From a virus (taxonomy: Duplodnaviria; Caudoviricetes): 58,779 nt of DNA. This document shows, in pieces, positions 47,267-56,427 of the stretch. Both the position numbers and the translations under genes were made by a program. The notes beneath the pieces are model-generated. The model was given only the letters and a program-made list of their open reading frames with translations, was not told the DNA's origin and made no database searches. The stretch covers positions 1 through 58,779 of the IMG/VR virus record IMGVR_UViG_3300032006_001933; one strand, given 5' to 3'. Position 1 is the first letter of the stretch, and every line of letters begins with the position of its first letter.

Positions 47267-48193
47267 ATGATACTGATAACAGGTAATGCAAACACAAAAC
47301 TTTCTACTGATATTGCTAATATTGCCGACGTCGATTTATGTGAAACTCTAGTAACTAGATTCGCTGACAACGAAATATGGGTAGAAATAAAAGATAACAT
47401 TCGTGGTGAAGATGTCTTCATCATCCAAAGCACATGCAATCCCGCCAACGATAACTTAATGGAACTATTAATAATGGTTGATGCTTGTAAAAGAGCAAGT
47501 GCAGGTCGAATTACGGCTGTGATACCTTATTATGGTTATGCTAGACAAGACAGAAAGCCAGCAGGACGATCCCCTATTAGTGCAAAACTTGTTGCTAATA
47601 TGTTAGAAGCGGCAGGAGTAGATCGTATGCTAACAATGGATTTACATGCAGGTCAAATTCAAGGCTTTTTTGATATTCCGGTAGATAATTTATATGCTCA
47701 ACCATTGTTTGTTAAAGATTTAAAAACAAGTCCAATGGTAAAAAGTAGTAATGCTATTATTGTTTCACCAGATGCAGGTGGGGTTCCTAGGGCAAGAGCT
47801 GTAGCAAAACAATTAGATTTAGATATTGCAATTATAGATAAGAGACGAGACAGGGCCAATGAGTCCGAAGCAATGAACGTCATAGGAGACGTAAAGGGGA
47901 AGCAATGCATCATCGTCGACGACATAATAGATACAGGTGGGACTTTAGTAAAAGCCGCACAAGCATTGATAAGCGAAGGCGCCGAAGAAGTGGAAGCCTA
48001 TATAACACACGGTGTATTAAGCAAAGGCGGAGCTCAGAGGATGGAAAAATCAGCTCTGAGTAGATTAGTAATAACTGATACTATTCCTGCACCTGAAAAT
48101 AATGTACTAAAAGTTATCTCAGTTGCGAATATATTTGCAGAAGCAATTCGCAGGGTACATCATGATGAATCTATATCAGTATTATTTGATTAA
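47267..48193 (+). CDS. prs: Ribose-phosphate pyrophosphokinase (PRPP synthetase)
   Basis: RFADNE, NDNLMELL, PYYGYARQDRK, DLHAGQIQGFFDIPVDNL, VSPDAGGV, IVDDIIDTGGT and THGVLS. Confidence 0.97.
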   Translation: MILITGNANTKLSTDIANIADVDLCETLVTRFADNEIWVEIKDNIRGEDVFIIQSTCNPANDNLMELLIMVDACKRASAGRITAVIPYYGYARQDRKPAGRSPISAKLVANMLEAAGVDRMLTMDLHAGQIQGFFDIPVDNLYAQPLFVKDLKTSPMVKSSNAIIVSPDAGGVPRARAVAKQLDLDIAIIDKRRDRANESEAMNVIGDVKGKQCIIVDDIIDTGGTLVKAAQALISEGAEEVEAYITHGVLSKGGAQRMEKSALSRLVITDTIPAPENNVLKVISVANIFAEAIRRVHHDESISVLFD

Positions 48194-48805
48194 ATGTACG
48201 ATTACGAAGCGTGGGTAAAATGTCATCCAGATGATTTATGGATATTCGACAAACTCATTCTCGCCAAAAAATTAGGATATCTATGTGGTCCAGCAGATGT
48301 AGCAGTACCAAAATCAGACAATTATATAGTCAGACCTTGTGTTAACCTTGCAGGTATGGGTATAGGTGCAGAATTGCGTTTTTTAGAAAAAGGAAGATGG
48401 GATTTAGAACCAGGTTATTTTTGGTGCAAATCTTTTAAAGGTAGACATTTAAGTGTTGATTATGCAATAGATCCTAACTCACGGACAATAGAACAAGGCG
48501 AAACTATCGAAGGTTTTCGAAATCCTGCAAATCCATTATGGAAATTTGATAAATGGGTTCGTGTTAAAGACAAATTAAAAATTAACTTTATGCTAACAAA
48601 GCTCAAAGGTTCCTACGAGCATATAAATTGCGAATTTATAGGTGGCCGACTTATAGAAATGCATTTACGACACAATACAGAAATGGGCGATTATAATGAG
48701 ATAATCCCTGTATGGGAAGACGAACTTGTTTCCACAACCCCTCCCGACGGATACATATATGTCGAAGACAAAGATTACAATAGACTCGGTTTTTTCAAAC
48801 GTTAA
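48194..48805 (+). CDS. Hypothetical protein, possible minimal ATP-grasp-like fold
   Basis: DKL.L..., YIVRPCVNLAGMGIGA, FKGRHLSVDY and INCEFIGGRLIEMHLR, roughly following ATP-grasp motif order. Confidence 0.5.
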   Translation: MYDYEAWVKCHPDDLWIFDKLILAKKLGYLCGPADVAVPKSDNYIVRPCVNLAGMGIGAELRFLEKGRWDLEPGYFWCKSFKGRHLSVDYAIDPNSRTIEQGETIEGFRNPANPLWKFDKWVRVKDKLKINFMLTKLKGSYEHINCEFIGGRLIEMHLRHNTEMGDYNEIIPVWEDELVSTTPPDGYIYVEDKDYNRLGFFKR

Positions 48806-49067
48806 AGGATACTTCAAAGAAAGTTACAGACTAAGTCCTATAGCATTTTATTGTGAAATAGGCGAAGCATTCCTTGTTTGCGGAGCCAGTGCTATATTAA
48901 CATATACCGTATTAGATCCTGCTACTAAAATATTCATACCTATGATGTTTGTAGGTAGTATTTTAGGTGTTATTAGTACATTTAACCGTAAAGCGGCTTT
49001 TGCAATTTTTCTTACTAGTTGGTTTGTAGTAATGAATTCTATTGCATTAATTAAACTTTTCGGTTGA
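48759..49067 (+). CDS. Small membrane protein (about three transmembrane segments)
   Basis: Hydrophobic stretches AFLVCGASAILTYTVL, IFIPMMFVGSILGVIS and AFAIFLTSWFVVMNSIALI; start uncertain. Confidence 0.7.
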   Translation: MSKTKITIDSVFSNVKGYFKESYRLSPIAFYCEIGEAFLVCGASAILTYTVLDPATKIFIPMMFVGSILGVISTFNRKAAFAIFLTSWFVVMNSIALIKLFG

Positions 49068-49091
49068 CAAATATCTTAAAGATAGTATAAT
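49064..49091 (+). promoter_or_regulatory. Sigma70-type early promoter
   Basis: TTGACA (49064-49069), 16-nt spacer, TATAAT (49086-49091); GGAG downstream before the next gene. Confidence 0.85.
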
Positions 49092-49112
49092 ATATGTATT
49101 AGTTAAACTTTA

Positions 49113-49382
49113 TTGGAGTTTATAATGAGTATGAATGAATGGGATTTTGTACATGAAGATGTTGCCCCACTCGATATTGCTTTATTTGAAATGGCTCCAA
49201 ATATATCGTTTAACGATACACATTGCTTGGCACATATTATGTTCTGGGCAGGTGCGTTCCCTAGTGTATCACAGGCTAGGAAAAATGGATGGGATAAGCC
49301 TATCCCTTTTGGCTTTTCTGAATTTAAAGTAGGAAAAACCAAAAGACGAATTTTCATCCTTAATCGAATAGGAGAAAAATGA
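49113..49382 (+). CDS. Small protein resembling an S4-like RNA-binding domain (TyrRS C-terminal-like)
   Basis: LAHIMFWAGAFPSVSQARKNG...FKVGKTK. True start is probably the ATG of MSMNEW after GGAG. Confidence 0.55.
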   Translation: MEFIMSMNEWDFVHEDVAPLDIALFEMAPNISFNDTHCLAHIMFWAGAFPSVSQARKNGWDKPIPFGFSEFKVGKTKRRIFILNRIGEK

Positions 49383-49987
49383 GGTATTTTTATTTGGTGC
49401 TTGTAGCACTTTTAACTGTTGGTTGTTCCAGCAAACAAGAATTGGTTAAAGAAGCCCTTAATAGTGTTGGTGACAGGCCCGATTGGGTTATGGTACCACC
49501 TGGTCCAGAGGGAGACCAACTTTACTTTGTAGGTACAAGTGCTTTGTATGGCACTGAAAAACATGCCCGCAGAGATGCAAAAAGGGATTCAATCCGGGAA
49601 ATGTCAGAGTATGTTCGTGTTCTTAATAAGAACAAGTTTGAACGAGCAAGTGTTACATATGGCATGGATAGTTTTGTAGTTATGCCTACTGTAAGTGAGC
49701 GTAACTTTGAAAAAATTGTGAGTGCATCTACTGCAAATTATTTGCGGGTACAAGAGATGTACTTTGAACGTGAAGCAGATGCCGCAGGTGTTCCTGGCTA
49801 CAAATACTTTGTCCTCACAAGCATTAGTAAAACTGATCTTGAAACTGCATTACAATCTAATGCTGAAGCCAATGCCGAAGATGCCCAAAAAGCAATGCAA
49901 CTTGCTAGTACCGAAGAGGCAAAAGAGCAATGGAAAAATGCTCGTGATTTTTGGAAAGAACTTGCTGAAGATGGCTTTGTACGATGA
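49379..49987 (+). CDS. Lipoprotein, LPP20-like
   Basis: Signal peptide with lipobox LTVGC; RPDWV...LYFVGTS...ARRDAKRDSIREMS; RBS AGGAG. Confidence 0.75.
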   Translation: MRYFYLVLVALLTVGCSSKQELVKEALNSVGDRPDWVMVPPGPEGDQLYFVGTSALYGTEKHARRDAKRDSIREMSEYVRVLNKNKFERASVTYGMDSFVVMPTVSERNFEKIVSASTANYLRVQEMYFEREADAAGVPGYKYFVLTSISKTDLETALQSNAEANAEDAQKAMQLASTEEAKEQWKNARDFWKELAEDGFVR

Positions 49988-50913
49988 ACAAACTATTCGC
50001 AATCCTACTAGGGGCCTCCCTAGTAGGTTGTGCCTCAACGGCACACAAGCAACCAGTTTTAATATCAGACGATTCTAAACCTAGTTGGGTTGAAGAATAC
50101 GAATTAGAAGATTCCACTCACCTGTTTTTTACAGGTATATCCACAAAATATGCAGAAGAACGCAAGGCACTCAAAGACGCCAAATATGATGCTTTGTCTA
50201 AATTTTTAGACTATTGTGGATTACATACTAAATTGCATGAGAAATATATTTCGCAAGTAGATGGAAATACTGCAAATGTATTAACAGCCACAAATAAAAT
50301 AGAAACACACCTAGAAACAAATTCTGAAGCACAAGTAGGGCAATTCCGTATTGTTAAAAAATACATGGAAGTGTATAATGGTACTAGAGGTAAATTCTAT
50401 AAAATGTATGTATTTGCTAGTGTACCAAAAACTGAAGTTGCTTTAGTTAAAGCATGGAAAAAAGAAAACGATTTACAAAAAATTACTAAACTTAAATCAC
50501 TTAATAGTGAGCAATCTGAAATAATAGTACAAACAAGTGAGGAGCTCGATGCGGTACAAAAACAGCTCGAACAATTAACATTTTTAAAAGAACGTGTTTC
50601 TGTGCTATCTACTGAAAATACCGAGCTCATAACTGAAAACAAACAGTTAAAGGAAACATTTCACAAGGACAAGGAAACAATAGAAGATTTAACTGTTAGA
50701 GTAGATAAATTAACAGAAGTTAATAAAATATTAAAAGATGATAATGACGATGTTCAAGTCATAAGAAAAAATCTTATAGATGCTTTAAAAACTGCTGAAT
50801 ACATGACACATGAAGCAGAACATTGGAGAGAAAAATATTATAATAAAGGGCCCGGAGAAGCTCTTGCAGAATTGCTTGGTGTAAAAGAAAGACCTGTAAT
50901 AGTTATAGATTAA
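49984..50913 (+). CDS. Lipoprotein, LPP20-like with a long C-terminal coiled coil
   Basis: Lipobox LVGC; KPSWV...LFFTGIS...ALKDAKYDALSKF; heptad-rich C-terminal half; ATGA overlap with the upstream lipoprotein. Confidence 0.75.
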   Translation: MNKLFAILLGASLVGCASTAHKQPVLISDDSKPSWVEEYELEDSTHLFFTGISTKYAEERKALKDAKYDALSKFLDYCGLHTKLHEKYISQVDGNTANVLTATNKIETHLETNSEAQVGQFRIVKKYMEVYNGTRGKFYKMYVFASVPKTEVALVKAWKKENDLQKITKLKSLNSEQSEIIVQTSEELDAVQKQLEQLTFLKERVSVLSTENTELITENKQLKETFHKDKETIEDLTVRVDKLTEVNKILKDDNDDVQVIRKNLIDALKTAEYMTHEAEHWREKYYNKGPGEALAELLGVKERPVIVID

Positions 50914-51209
50914 ACTTCAGTTAATGCTAATTTATATTGTTTACCAGTTTTTTTATTAATTACAAATATATCATTCTCGCCTTCTTGGATCACCCAAGAA
51001 CCTTTAGTCCCGTCTACATCATTTCCTAAACGATTAGGTCTATCATTAGACATAATTACGTCAGCAGTATTAATATCTTCGCAATATATATTATTACATG
51101 TTATATCTTCAAATTCTACATTATCAGCAGAGCCTAATCCTTGGGCTACTTGACCTACAACATTATCATCAAAAACTCTTGTAGTTCCAATATAAAGTTT
51201 CTTTGCCAT
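50910..51209 (-). CDS. Stand-alone tail-fibre C-terminal module
   Basis: DINTADVIMSNDR...GNDVDGTKGSWVIQEGENDIFVINKKTGKQYKLALTEV, closely paralogous to the C-terminus of the ORF ending at 58309. Confidence 0.7.
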   Translation of the reverse strand: MAKKLYIGTTRVFDDNVVGQVAQGLGSADNVEFEDITCNNIYCEDINTADVIMSNDRPNRLGNDVDGTKGSWVIQEGENDIFVINKKTGKQYKLALTEV

Positions 51210-51230
51210 TATTTTTTTCCTATAAAATAT

Positions 51231-52100
51231 TTAGCGAATAAGAAGAAACGAAACTGCAATAATAACTGAGCAAAGAAAAACAACAAAAGTATAATATGTT
51301 ACTAAGGGAGTTTTAAAATACATTTTACCTATAATGAAACATTTATGAACAGGACTTAGCATATAGCCTGCATAATCTATAGCGAAAAACATAGGAAGGT
51401 ATTGGACACCAAATATACTTGTAAGAATAGCAGTAAATGCCGCAAACCTTGCAGAAGATCCTAATAAAAAACTACCAGCAAATCCTATCCAAGCACCTGT
51501 TACAAGTGACCAATCATTATTTTCGATATATGCTTTAATTTCATTTGTATAAGATTTAATATAATTACCTAAAACAATAACCAAAAATAATGCTATTAAT
51601 AGTTTCCAATTAACCCATTCTACTGTAACTTCTTTTTGTTTAGGATTAGTCCAGATTACATCTTGTTCTTTTAAAAAATAAAATACCAAAAACAATGGAA
51701 GAACTATTGCAATCATTGCAAGAGGTCCCATTATATACATAAATTCTACATACGTTAATCCTAAAACTGCCATAGGTATAATAACAGATTTTTCTAAAGG
51801 AGACCACAAATAATAATGATGTGTACTAAGATAATCTATAATGCCATACCATTTACGTCTAGAATCTTTAGGTGCCATTGTATCTAAAATACCAGCAGAT
51901 ACAGATACCCTTCCAGGTATAGGTAATACACCGCATACAGCACTAACTATTACAATAAACAATCTATTTGATTTTATATATTTGCTTAAAAAATTTAGAA
52001 CATGATACACATACCCATTACGTTGCACATAAGCCGATGCAATCATAATTCCTGCAAGGTATAAAATATACCATTGATTATTAAATATTATTTCTAACAT
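51231..52100 (-). CDS. Multi-pass membrane protein, ion-transporter superfamily-like (ArsB/NhaD/CitM type)
   Basis: About eight hydrophobic segments; two internally similar halves (GVLPIPGR...HHYYLWSPLEK and FLLGSSAR...AGYMLSPVHK). Confidence 0.6.
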   Translation of the reverse strand: MLEIIFNNQWYILYLAGIMIASAYVQRNGYVYHVLNFLSKYIKSNRLFIVIVSAVCGVLPIPGRVSVSAGILDTMAPKDSRRKWYGIIDYLSTHHYYLWSPLEKSVIIPMAVLGLTYVEFMYIMGPLAMIAIVLPLFLVFYFLKEQDVIWTNPKQKEVTVEWVNWKLLIALFLVIVLGNYIKSYTNEIKAYIENNDWSLVTGAWIGFAGSFLLGSSARFAAFTAILTSIFGVQYLPMFFAIDYAGYMLSPVHKCFIIGKMYFKTPLVTYYTFVVFLCSVIIAVSFLLIR

Positions 52101-52809
52101 GAGATTCGTATAATTTCTTAATTAAATTTCTAGCATACTGAAATGAGAAAAAATTTAAATATTCTCTCTTTTTAAGCCATAGCTCATCATTTTTATTCTT
52201 ATCTCTAACTATAAAATTATATGATTTTTCTGTGAGAGGTATTAATTGTGCAATTGGAGTTCCTGCTTTAATCATAGTAGATCCTATAAGTTGATTCCAG
52301 TATCCTTGAATATTTATTTCTGTACTATAACCTGGATCTAATATACCTATACAACTTTCAAATATAATGTGATCAGTATAAGGCATAGGTATCATTAAAA
52401 ATTTTACATCTTTGGGTGCTATAACATGCCATGGCGTATTTATTTTAACTATATCCGGACGACTCCATGGTCGCTTAGGCAAATGTTTTGCTATGCTATT
52501 ACCATCTTGTACTCCAATTGTATCTTTTCCTAACAAGGTATTAATTTGTTTATCTGGTACTGTTATTCCCTTGCCTGTTATTTCTACATCATGCCACATA
52601 GACACAATATAACCGGTCGTAAACAAATGGAAAATACCAGGACACCTAGTTACATGCTGAAACCCTGGTCCGACATTCTTTTGTGCAATTACAAAATCTT
52701 TTCGTGCATCATTTACCCAAGGCGGTATAACTTCCTTTGCTTGCTGTATAGGAAATGCTTCTGTTACACCCTCAATGGATGAAAAAAATTCAATAGTCTT
52801 CTTGCCCAT
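52081..52809 (-). CDS. Hypothetical beta-rich protein (dUTPase-like or DUF6065-like)
   Basis: TRCPGI...GYIV, KINTPWHV, GILD and IKAGTPIAQLIP. Confidence 0.5.
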   Translation of the reverse strand: MGKKTIEFFSSIEGVTEAFPIQQAKEVIPPWVNDARKDFVIAQKNVGPGFQHVTRCPGIFHLFTTGYIVSMWHDVEITGKGITVPDKQINTLLGKDTIGVQDGNSIAKHLPKRPWSRPDIVKINTPWHVIAPKDVKFLMIPMPYTDHIIFESCIGILDPGYSTEINIQGYWNQLIGSTMIKAGTPIAQLIPLTEKSYNFIVRDKNKNDELWLKKREYLNFFSFQYARNLIKKLYESHVRNNI

Positions 52810-53428
52810 CTGTTAAAAATTGTACTTTAAAACTTATATTAAATGCTATATTAATTCGTTGTTTATCTGAATGATTTGGACCTACATCATGTGGTACCCA
52901 TCCTGGAAACACTAGTAAATCTCCTTCCTTTGGTTCGTATGTCATAACTGAAGCCCATGGTGCTGTTGCATGACAATTTTCAGTTAAATTAGCAGGATTG
53001 TAACATGCAAGTTCTCCTGTGCCTTCTACTTGCAAATAATAAACTGCCGCATATTGTATTGCTTGATGACTATGTAAAACATTCCTACTTCCAGGTTCAT
53101 TTATATTTGTCCAATAAGTTAAGTCCAATTCACCTTGTTGTTCTAATTTACTAGGATATGTAGGATCGTCGATTTTGTAATATTGCATTGCCTCGTCTGT
53201 TACTTCTTGCAATTCGTCAAAGAACCATTCAAAGTTTTTATATACAAAAGTTGATCGCCAACATCCATCATTTGTATACTTCATAAAATATGGTTCGTGC
53301 TCTTTAACCCATAAAGCCTGCTTTATTAACTCGTTACGTTGTTCAACTGTACCTACATTATTTTTAACGAACATGTCTGCTCTATGTAAAGGAAATCTAT
53401 TCATATAATTACCATACTTGACTATCAA
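52790..53428 (-). CDS. Putative 2OG-Fe(II) oxygenase (TIGR02466-like)
   Basis: WTNINEPG..NVLHSH, AAVYYLQ, PKEGDLLVFPGWVPHDV and RINIAFNI. Confidence 0.85.
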   Translation of the reverse strand: MIVKYGNYMNRFPLHRADMFVKNNVGTVEQRNELIKQALWVKEHEPYFMKYTNDGCWRSTFVYKNFEWFFDELQEVTDEAMQYYKIDDPTYPSKLEQQGELDLTYWTNINEPGSRNVLHSHQAIQYAAVYYLQVEGTGELACYNPANLTENCHATAPWASVMTYEPKEGDLLVFPGWVPHDVGPNHSDKQRINIAFNISFKVQFLTDGQEDY

Positions 53429-53960
53429 AATAATTATAATTTATAATTATTCTTGTTTTTTTATCCGAACATGATGCACCCGAATGCTCAGTGTCTCCTG
53501 AAAATTTAACAAATCTATTTGCAATACTGTCTATCTTAGTTACCTTGGTTCCATCTTTAAATGTTGTGTATCCATTATTAGTATTGACATAAAGAATAGC
53601 AGATGTCCATTGTGCAGATTTAATTGGATTACTTTTAATATCTCCAATATCAGTATGAAAGGGACTTGAGATTGTTTTGGGTGTTCTAGGATATAAATGA
53701 GCTGACATATTTCTTATAGAAACAGGTTCAGTTCTTTCTACTATCGGACCAAAAATATCTTTAGTACACATAGGAGATGTTATTATAAAATCTTCATATA
53801 TACTATGAGAAAAATGATAATAATTTGCATAGTCGTGTTCTAATTCTTTTCTGTCGACCCAAAACCCTACATAAAACCACGGAAATGGTTTATCCATAAT
53901 TAATTCATATAAATTTTTAAATTCTTGTTTTGGAAGAAAATTATCAATTACTCTATACAT
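53409..53960 (-). CDS. 2OG-Fe(II) oxygenase
   Basis: VIDNFL, FHTD (HxD), SAILYVNTNNGYT, ANRFVKF...EHSG (distal His) and RIIINYNY (2OG-binding Arg). Confidence 0.85.
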   Translation of the reverse strand: MYRVIDNFLPKQEFKNLYELIMDKPFPWFYVGFWVDRKELEHDYANYYHFSHSIYEDFIITSPMCTKDIFGPIVERTEPVSIRNMSAHLYPRTPKTISSPFHTDIGDIKSNPIKSAQWTSAILYVNTNNGYTTFKDGTKVTKIDSIANRFVKFSGDTEHSGASCSDKKTRIIINYNYFDSQVW

Positions 53961-55669
53961 TATTCTTTAATTACTACAACTATATATAACCCATTCCACC
54001 ATTGGCTTGAATCTTCTATTTTATTAAGCATTTTTTTAGAATACATTGGAGTCAAATTAGATTGTTTTATACCTTCGTCTGCTCCCTCTACTACACCTTC
54101 CCAATTAGCATCATCAAACACTAAAATACATACATCTGCAAAACAATCTTTATAATACTTTACTGCTTCTTGTACTTTATTTGCTTCATGCGGACCATCA
54201 TGAAAAAATAAATCTATATTTTTAATTTTAGAAGTATCTACTTCATAGATATCCGAATCATGAATTATTACTTCTTTATTGCATTCGTTTATATGTTTTA
54301 AAAATAAATCTTTAGTATTATCTGGTAACTCAAATTCATCTGATTCTGGTTGGATATTTATAGACCAATTATCTACACAATGTATTTCTTCTAACTTATC
54401 CGATACACTTACTGTAACATGACCAAAGCCACTTCCTATTTCTAAAAATCTTTTACAATGTTTAGATAATCCATACATGAGTGTTTGTATTCGAGATGAA
54501 GTTAACCCGTCAGAAGGTACAGTTGAATGATAATTAACAGATTGTACTAATTCATGCGTGACTGCTAAAACTAAAGGATGCGCCTGTTCGTTTGATTTTG
54601 CTTCATATACTTGATCACAATAGTTACAATCCCAACAATCAAATTTACAATTTTTTATTTTTTCACGCCATAACTTTATAGGTTTACTATTATCGACAAA
54701 CGATAATTCTTTTCTACCTGCAGGACCATACCAATCAAAACTATCATATAAAAATTCTTCATTATTTGCATATCGTTTAATTATATCCATAGTTTCATAT
54801 ACACGAGCATTAGATTCTCGCCCATGCATTTTAAATACTTGAACATAATTTAATAATTCATCCCAGTCTTCTTTCCATGGAGGAATATCTGCTGTTTTTA
54901 ATGGTGTTGACGGATCTTCATAATCCCATTTAGGACACGATACTCTAGATATAGGATCATTAAAATATTGTGGAGCACTTTCAAAACTGCCCTTTGATCG
55001 TCTTGCTAATCTATGTTGTTGATCATCTTTAATAACACCAGACATATTCATTCTTGAATTATTAAAATGATAATGCTCGTCCATCATAGGACAATTACCT
55101 AAACAGCCTTCGTTACCTAATAACGATAGCACAACATCATATTTGTCGGCGGCTTGTTTCATTCTAATTAATGTGTCTCTATCCCGCATTAAATCACGAT
55201 CTATATTAATATAATGGAACCCTGCTTCTGCTAGTTTTGCTATTTCATTTGGGCGTGTAACATTTCTTAATATAGTATTTTTAACAAGTAAGTCTGGAAA
55301 TGCTTTTTGTATTTGTCCTGTAGCCATCCAATGTGTATGAGGTATTGTAGCAATTCGTACACCTGATTCATATAATTGTGCAAAATTTTGTATAAAAAGA
55401 TCTAAGTTTTGTTGGGTAGGTTTAACTTGTATATTATTAAATGTAGCAGATATTTTAATCCCTAACTGTTCTTGCATATGTAATGCATTCTCAACTGGCC
55501 CATAAGGATCACTTACAATAACATCGCCCATTGCATCTTGAATAAACGGCGGCATTCTACAAGTAAAATATAAATCATAAATTAAATCTTTATATTCCCT
55601 GCAAAAATTAAAAAAATCATGAAATTCTGGTTCAGTTAATTTAGGATTAATTGGTATAGAAAAAATCAT
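53960..55669 (-). CDS. Fusion: peptidase U32-family Fe-S enzyme plus class I SAM methyltransferase
   Basis: ISATFN, INIDRDLMRD, LLGNEGCLGNCP, VSC, VFKMHGRE and CKFDCWDCNYC; then FLEIGSGFG, CVDNW, DLFFHDGPH and ILVFDD. Confidence 0.8.
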   Translation of the reverse strand: MIFSIPINPKLTEPEFHDFFNFCREYKDLIYDLYFTCRMPPFIQDAMGDVIVSDPYGPVENALHMQEQLGIKISATFNNIQVKPTQQNLDLFIQNFAQLYESGVRIATIPHTHWMATGQIQKAFPDLLVKNTILRNVTRPNEIAKLAEAGFHYINIDRDLMRDRDTLIRMKQAADKYDVVLSLLGNEGCLGNCPMMDEHYHFNNSRMNMSGVIKDDQQHRLARRSKGSFESAPQYFNDPISRVSCPKWDYEDPSTPLKTADIPPWKEDWDELLNYVQVFKMHGRESNARVYETMDIIKRYANNEEFLYDSFDWYGPAGRKELSFVDNSKPIKLWREKIKNCKFDCWDCNYCDQVYEAKSNEQAHPLVLAVTHELVQSVNYHSTVPSDGLTSSRIQTLMYGLSKHCKRFLEIGSGFGHVTVSVSDKLEEIHCVDNWSINIQPESDEFELPDNTKDLFLKHINECNKEVIIHDSDIYEVDTSKIKNIDLFFHDGPHEANKVQEAVKYYKDCFADVCILVFDDANWEGVVEGADEGIKQSNLTPMYSKKMLNKIEDSSQWWNGLYIVVVIKE

Positions 55670-56427
55670 AAATCTATTTTAGGATCGTAATCACCTTCGG
55701 ATTCGCCTGATTCAAGCCATCGTTCTTTGGTCATCCAAAAGCCATATCTTTTACATTGCAAAACATGACAGTCAAGAATTGTACTACATGCTTTTATTTC
55801 GGTTTCTACTTTTTGTTTTTTTGCCAATAATGTTGCCATGTTATCATAATAACCATCAATAGCATTGTTAACTTTTATTACCATATCGGCAACAGATATT
55901 CCTCTTGCTTCTGCTAGTTTTGTTAACAAAGGTGTGCTTGCAGAATTATCAGCAGTATACGCATCTGCTTCTTTGCGTTGTTGGTCCCAAGATAATTGTT
56001 CTATTTGTGTTACATCTAATGTATTTGTTTTTAATCTATGTTCGTAATAACCATCTAAAACAAATCGCATAAAAAATTGTAAAAATTTAACTATGTTTAC
56101 CTTGTCATCATCAGTAAAATAATATTTTACTTTTTCAACGCCTTCTTCTAGATCTTCCATTGAATTACATATTTGCTGAATATGTGGATCAACAGTATCT
56201 CCATCGTCCCCTTTTTTAACACTTGTATGATCTCTCTCAATACCAGCAAACTTATAACATAATGCTACATCTTCTGAAGGTATTACTCTATGCTGTAATC
56301 CGGTAAGAGGTAAAATTTCTGCAATACTATCATCTATTAATGCAATATTATGTCCTTCGTAATTACCAATCCGTTGGATCATGTTCGGTAATTCTTGGCG
56401 TGTTTCTACCTTGTATATTACGTACAT
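55666..56427 (-). CDS. Tail-fibre assembly or chaperone-like protein
   Basis: EQLSWDQQRKEADAY...TPLLTKLAEARGISVADMVIKV, a pattern typical of small proteins encoded next to tail fibres. Confidence 0.6.
   Translation of the reverse strand: MYVIYKVETRQELPNMIQRIGNYEGHNIALIDDSIAEILPLTGLQHRVIPSEDVALCYKFAGIERDHTSVKKGDDGDTVDPHIQQICNSMEDLEEGVEKVKYYFTDDDKVNIVKFLQFFMRFVLDGYYEHRLKTNTLDVTQIEQLSWDQQRKEADAYTADNSASTPLLTKLAEARGISVADMVIKVNNAIDGYYDNMATLLAKKQKVETEIKACSTILDCHVLQCKRYGFWMTKERWLESGESEGDYDPKIDL

Noticed and set aside
47267-48193. NAD reconstitution anti-defence pathway (Prs-like Adps plus Nampt-like partner)
   Set aside because: The protein looks like a canonical full-length Prs and no nicotinamide phosphoribosyltransferase-like gene is adjacent.
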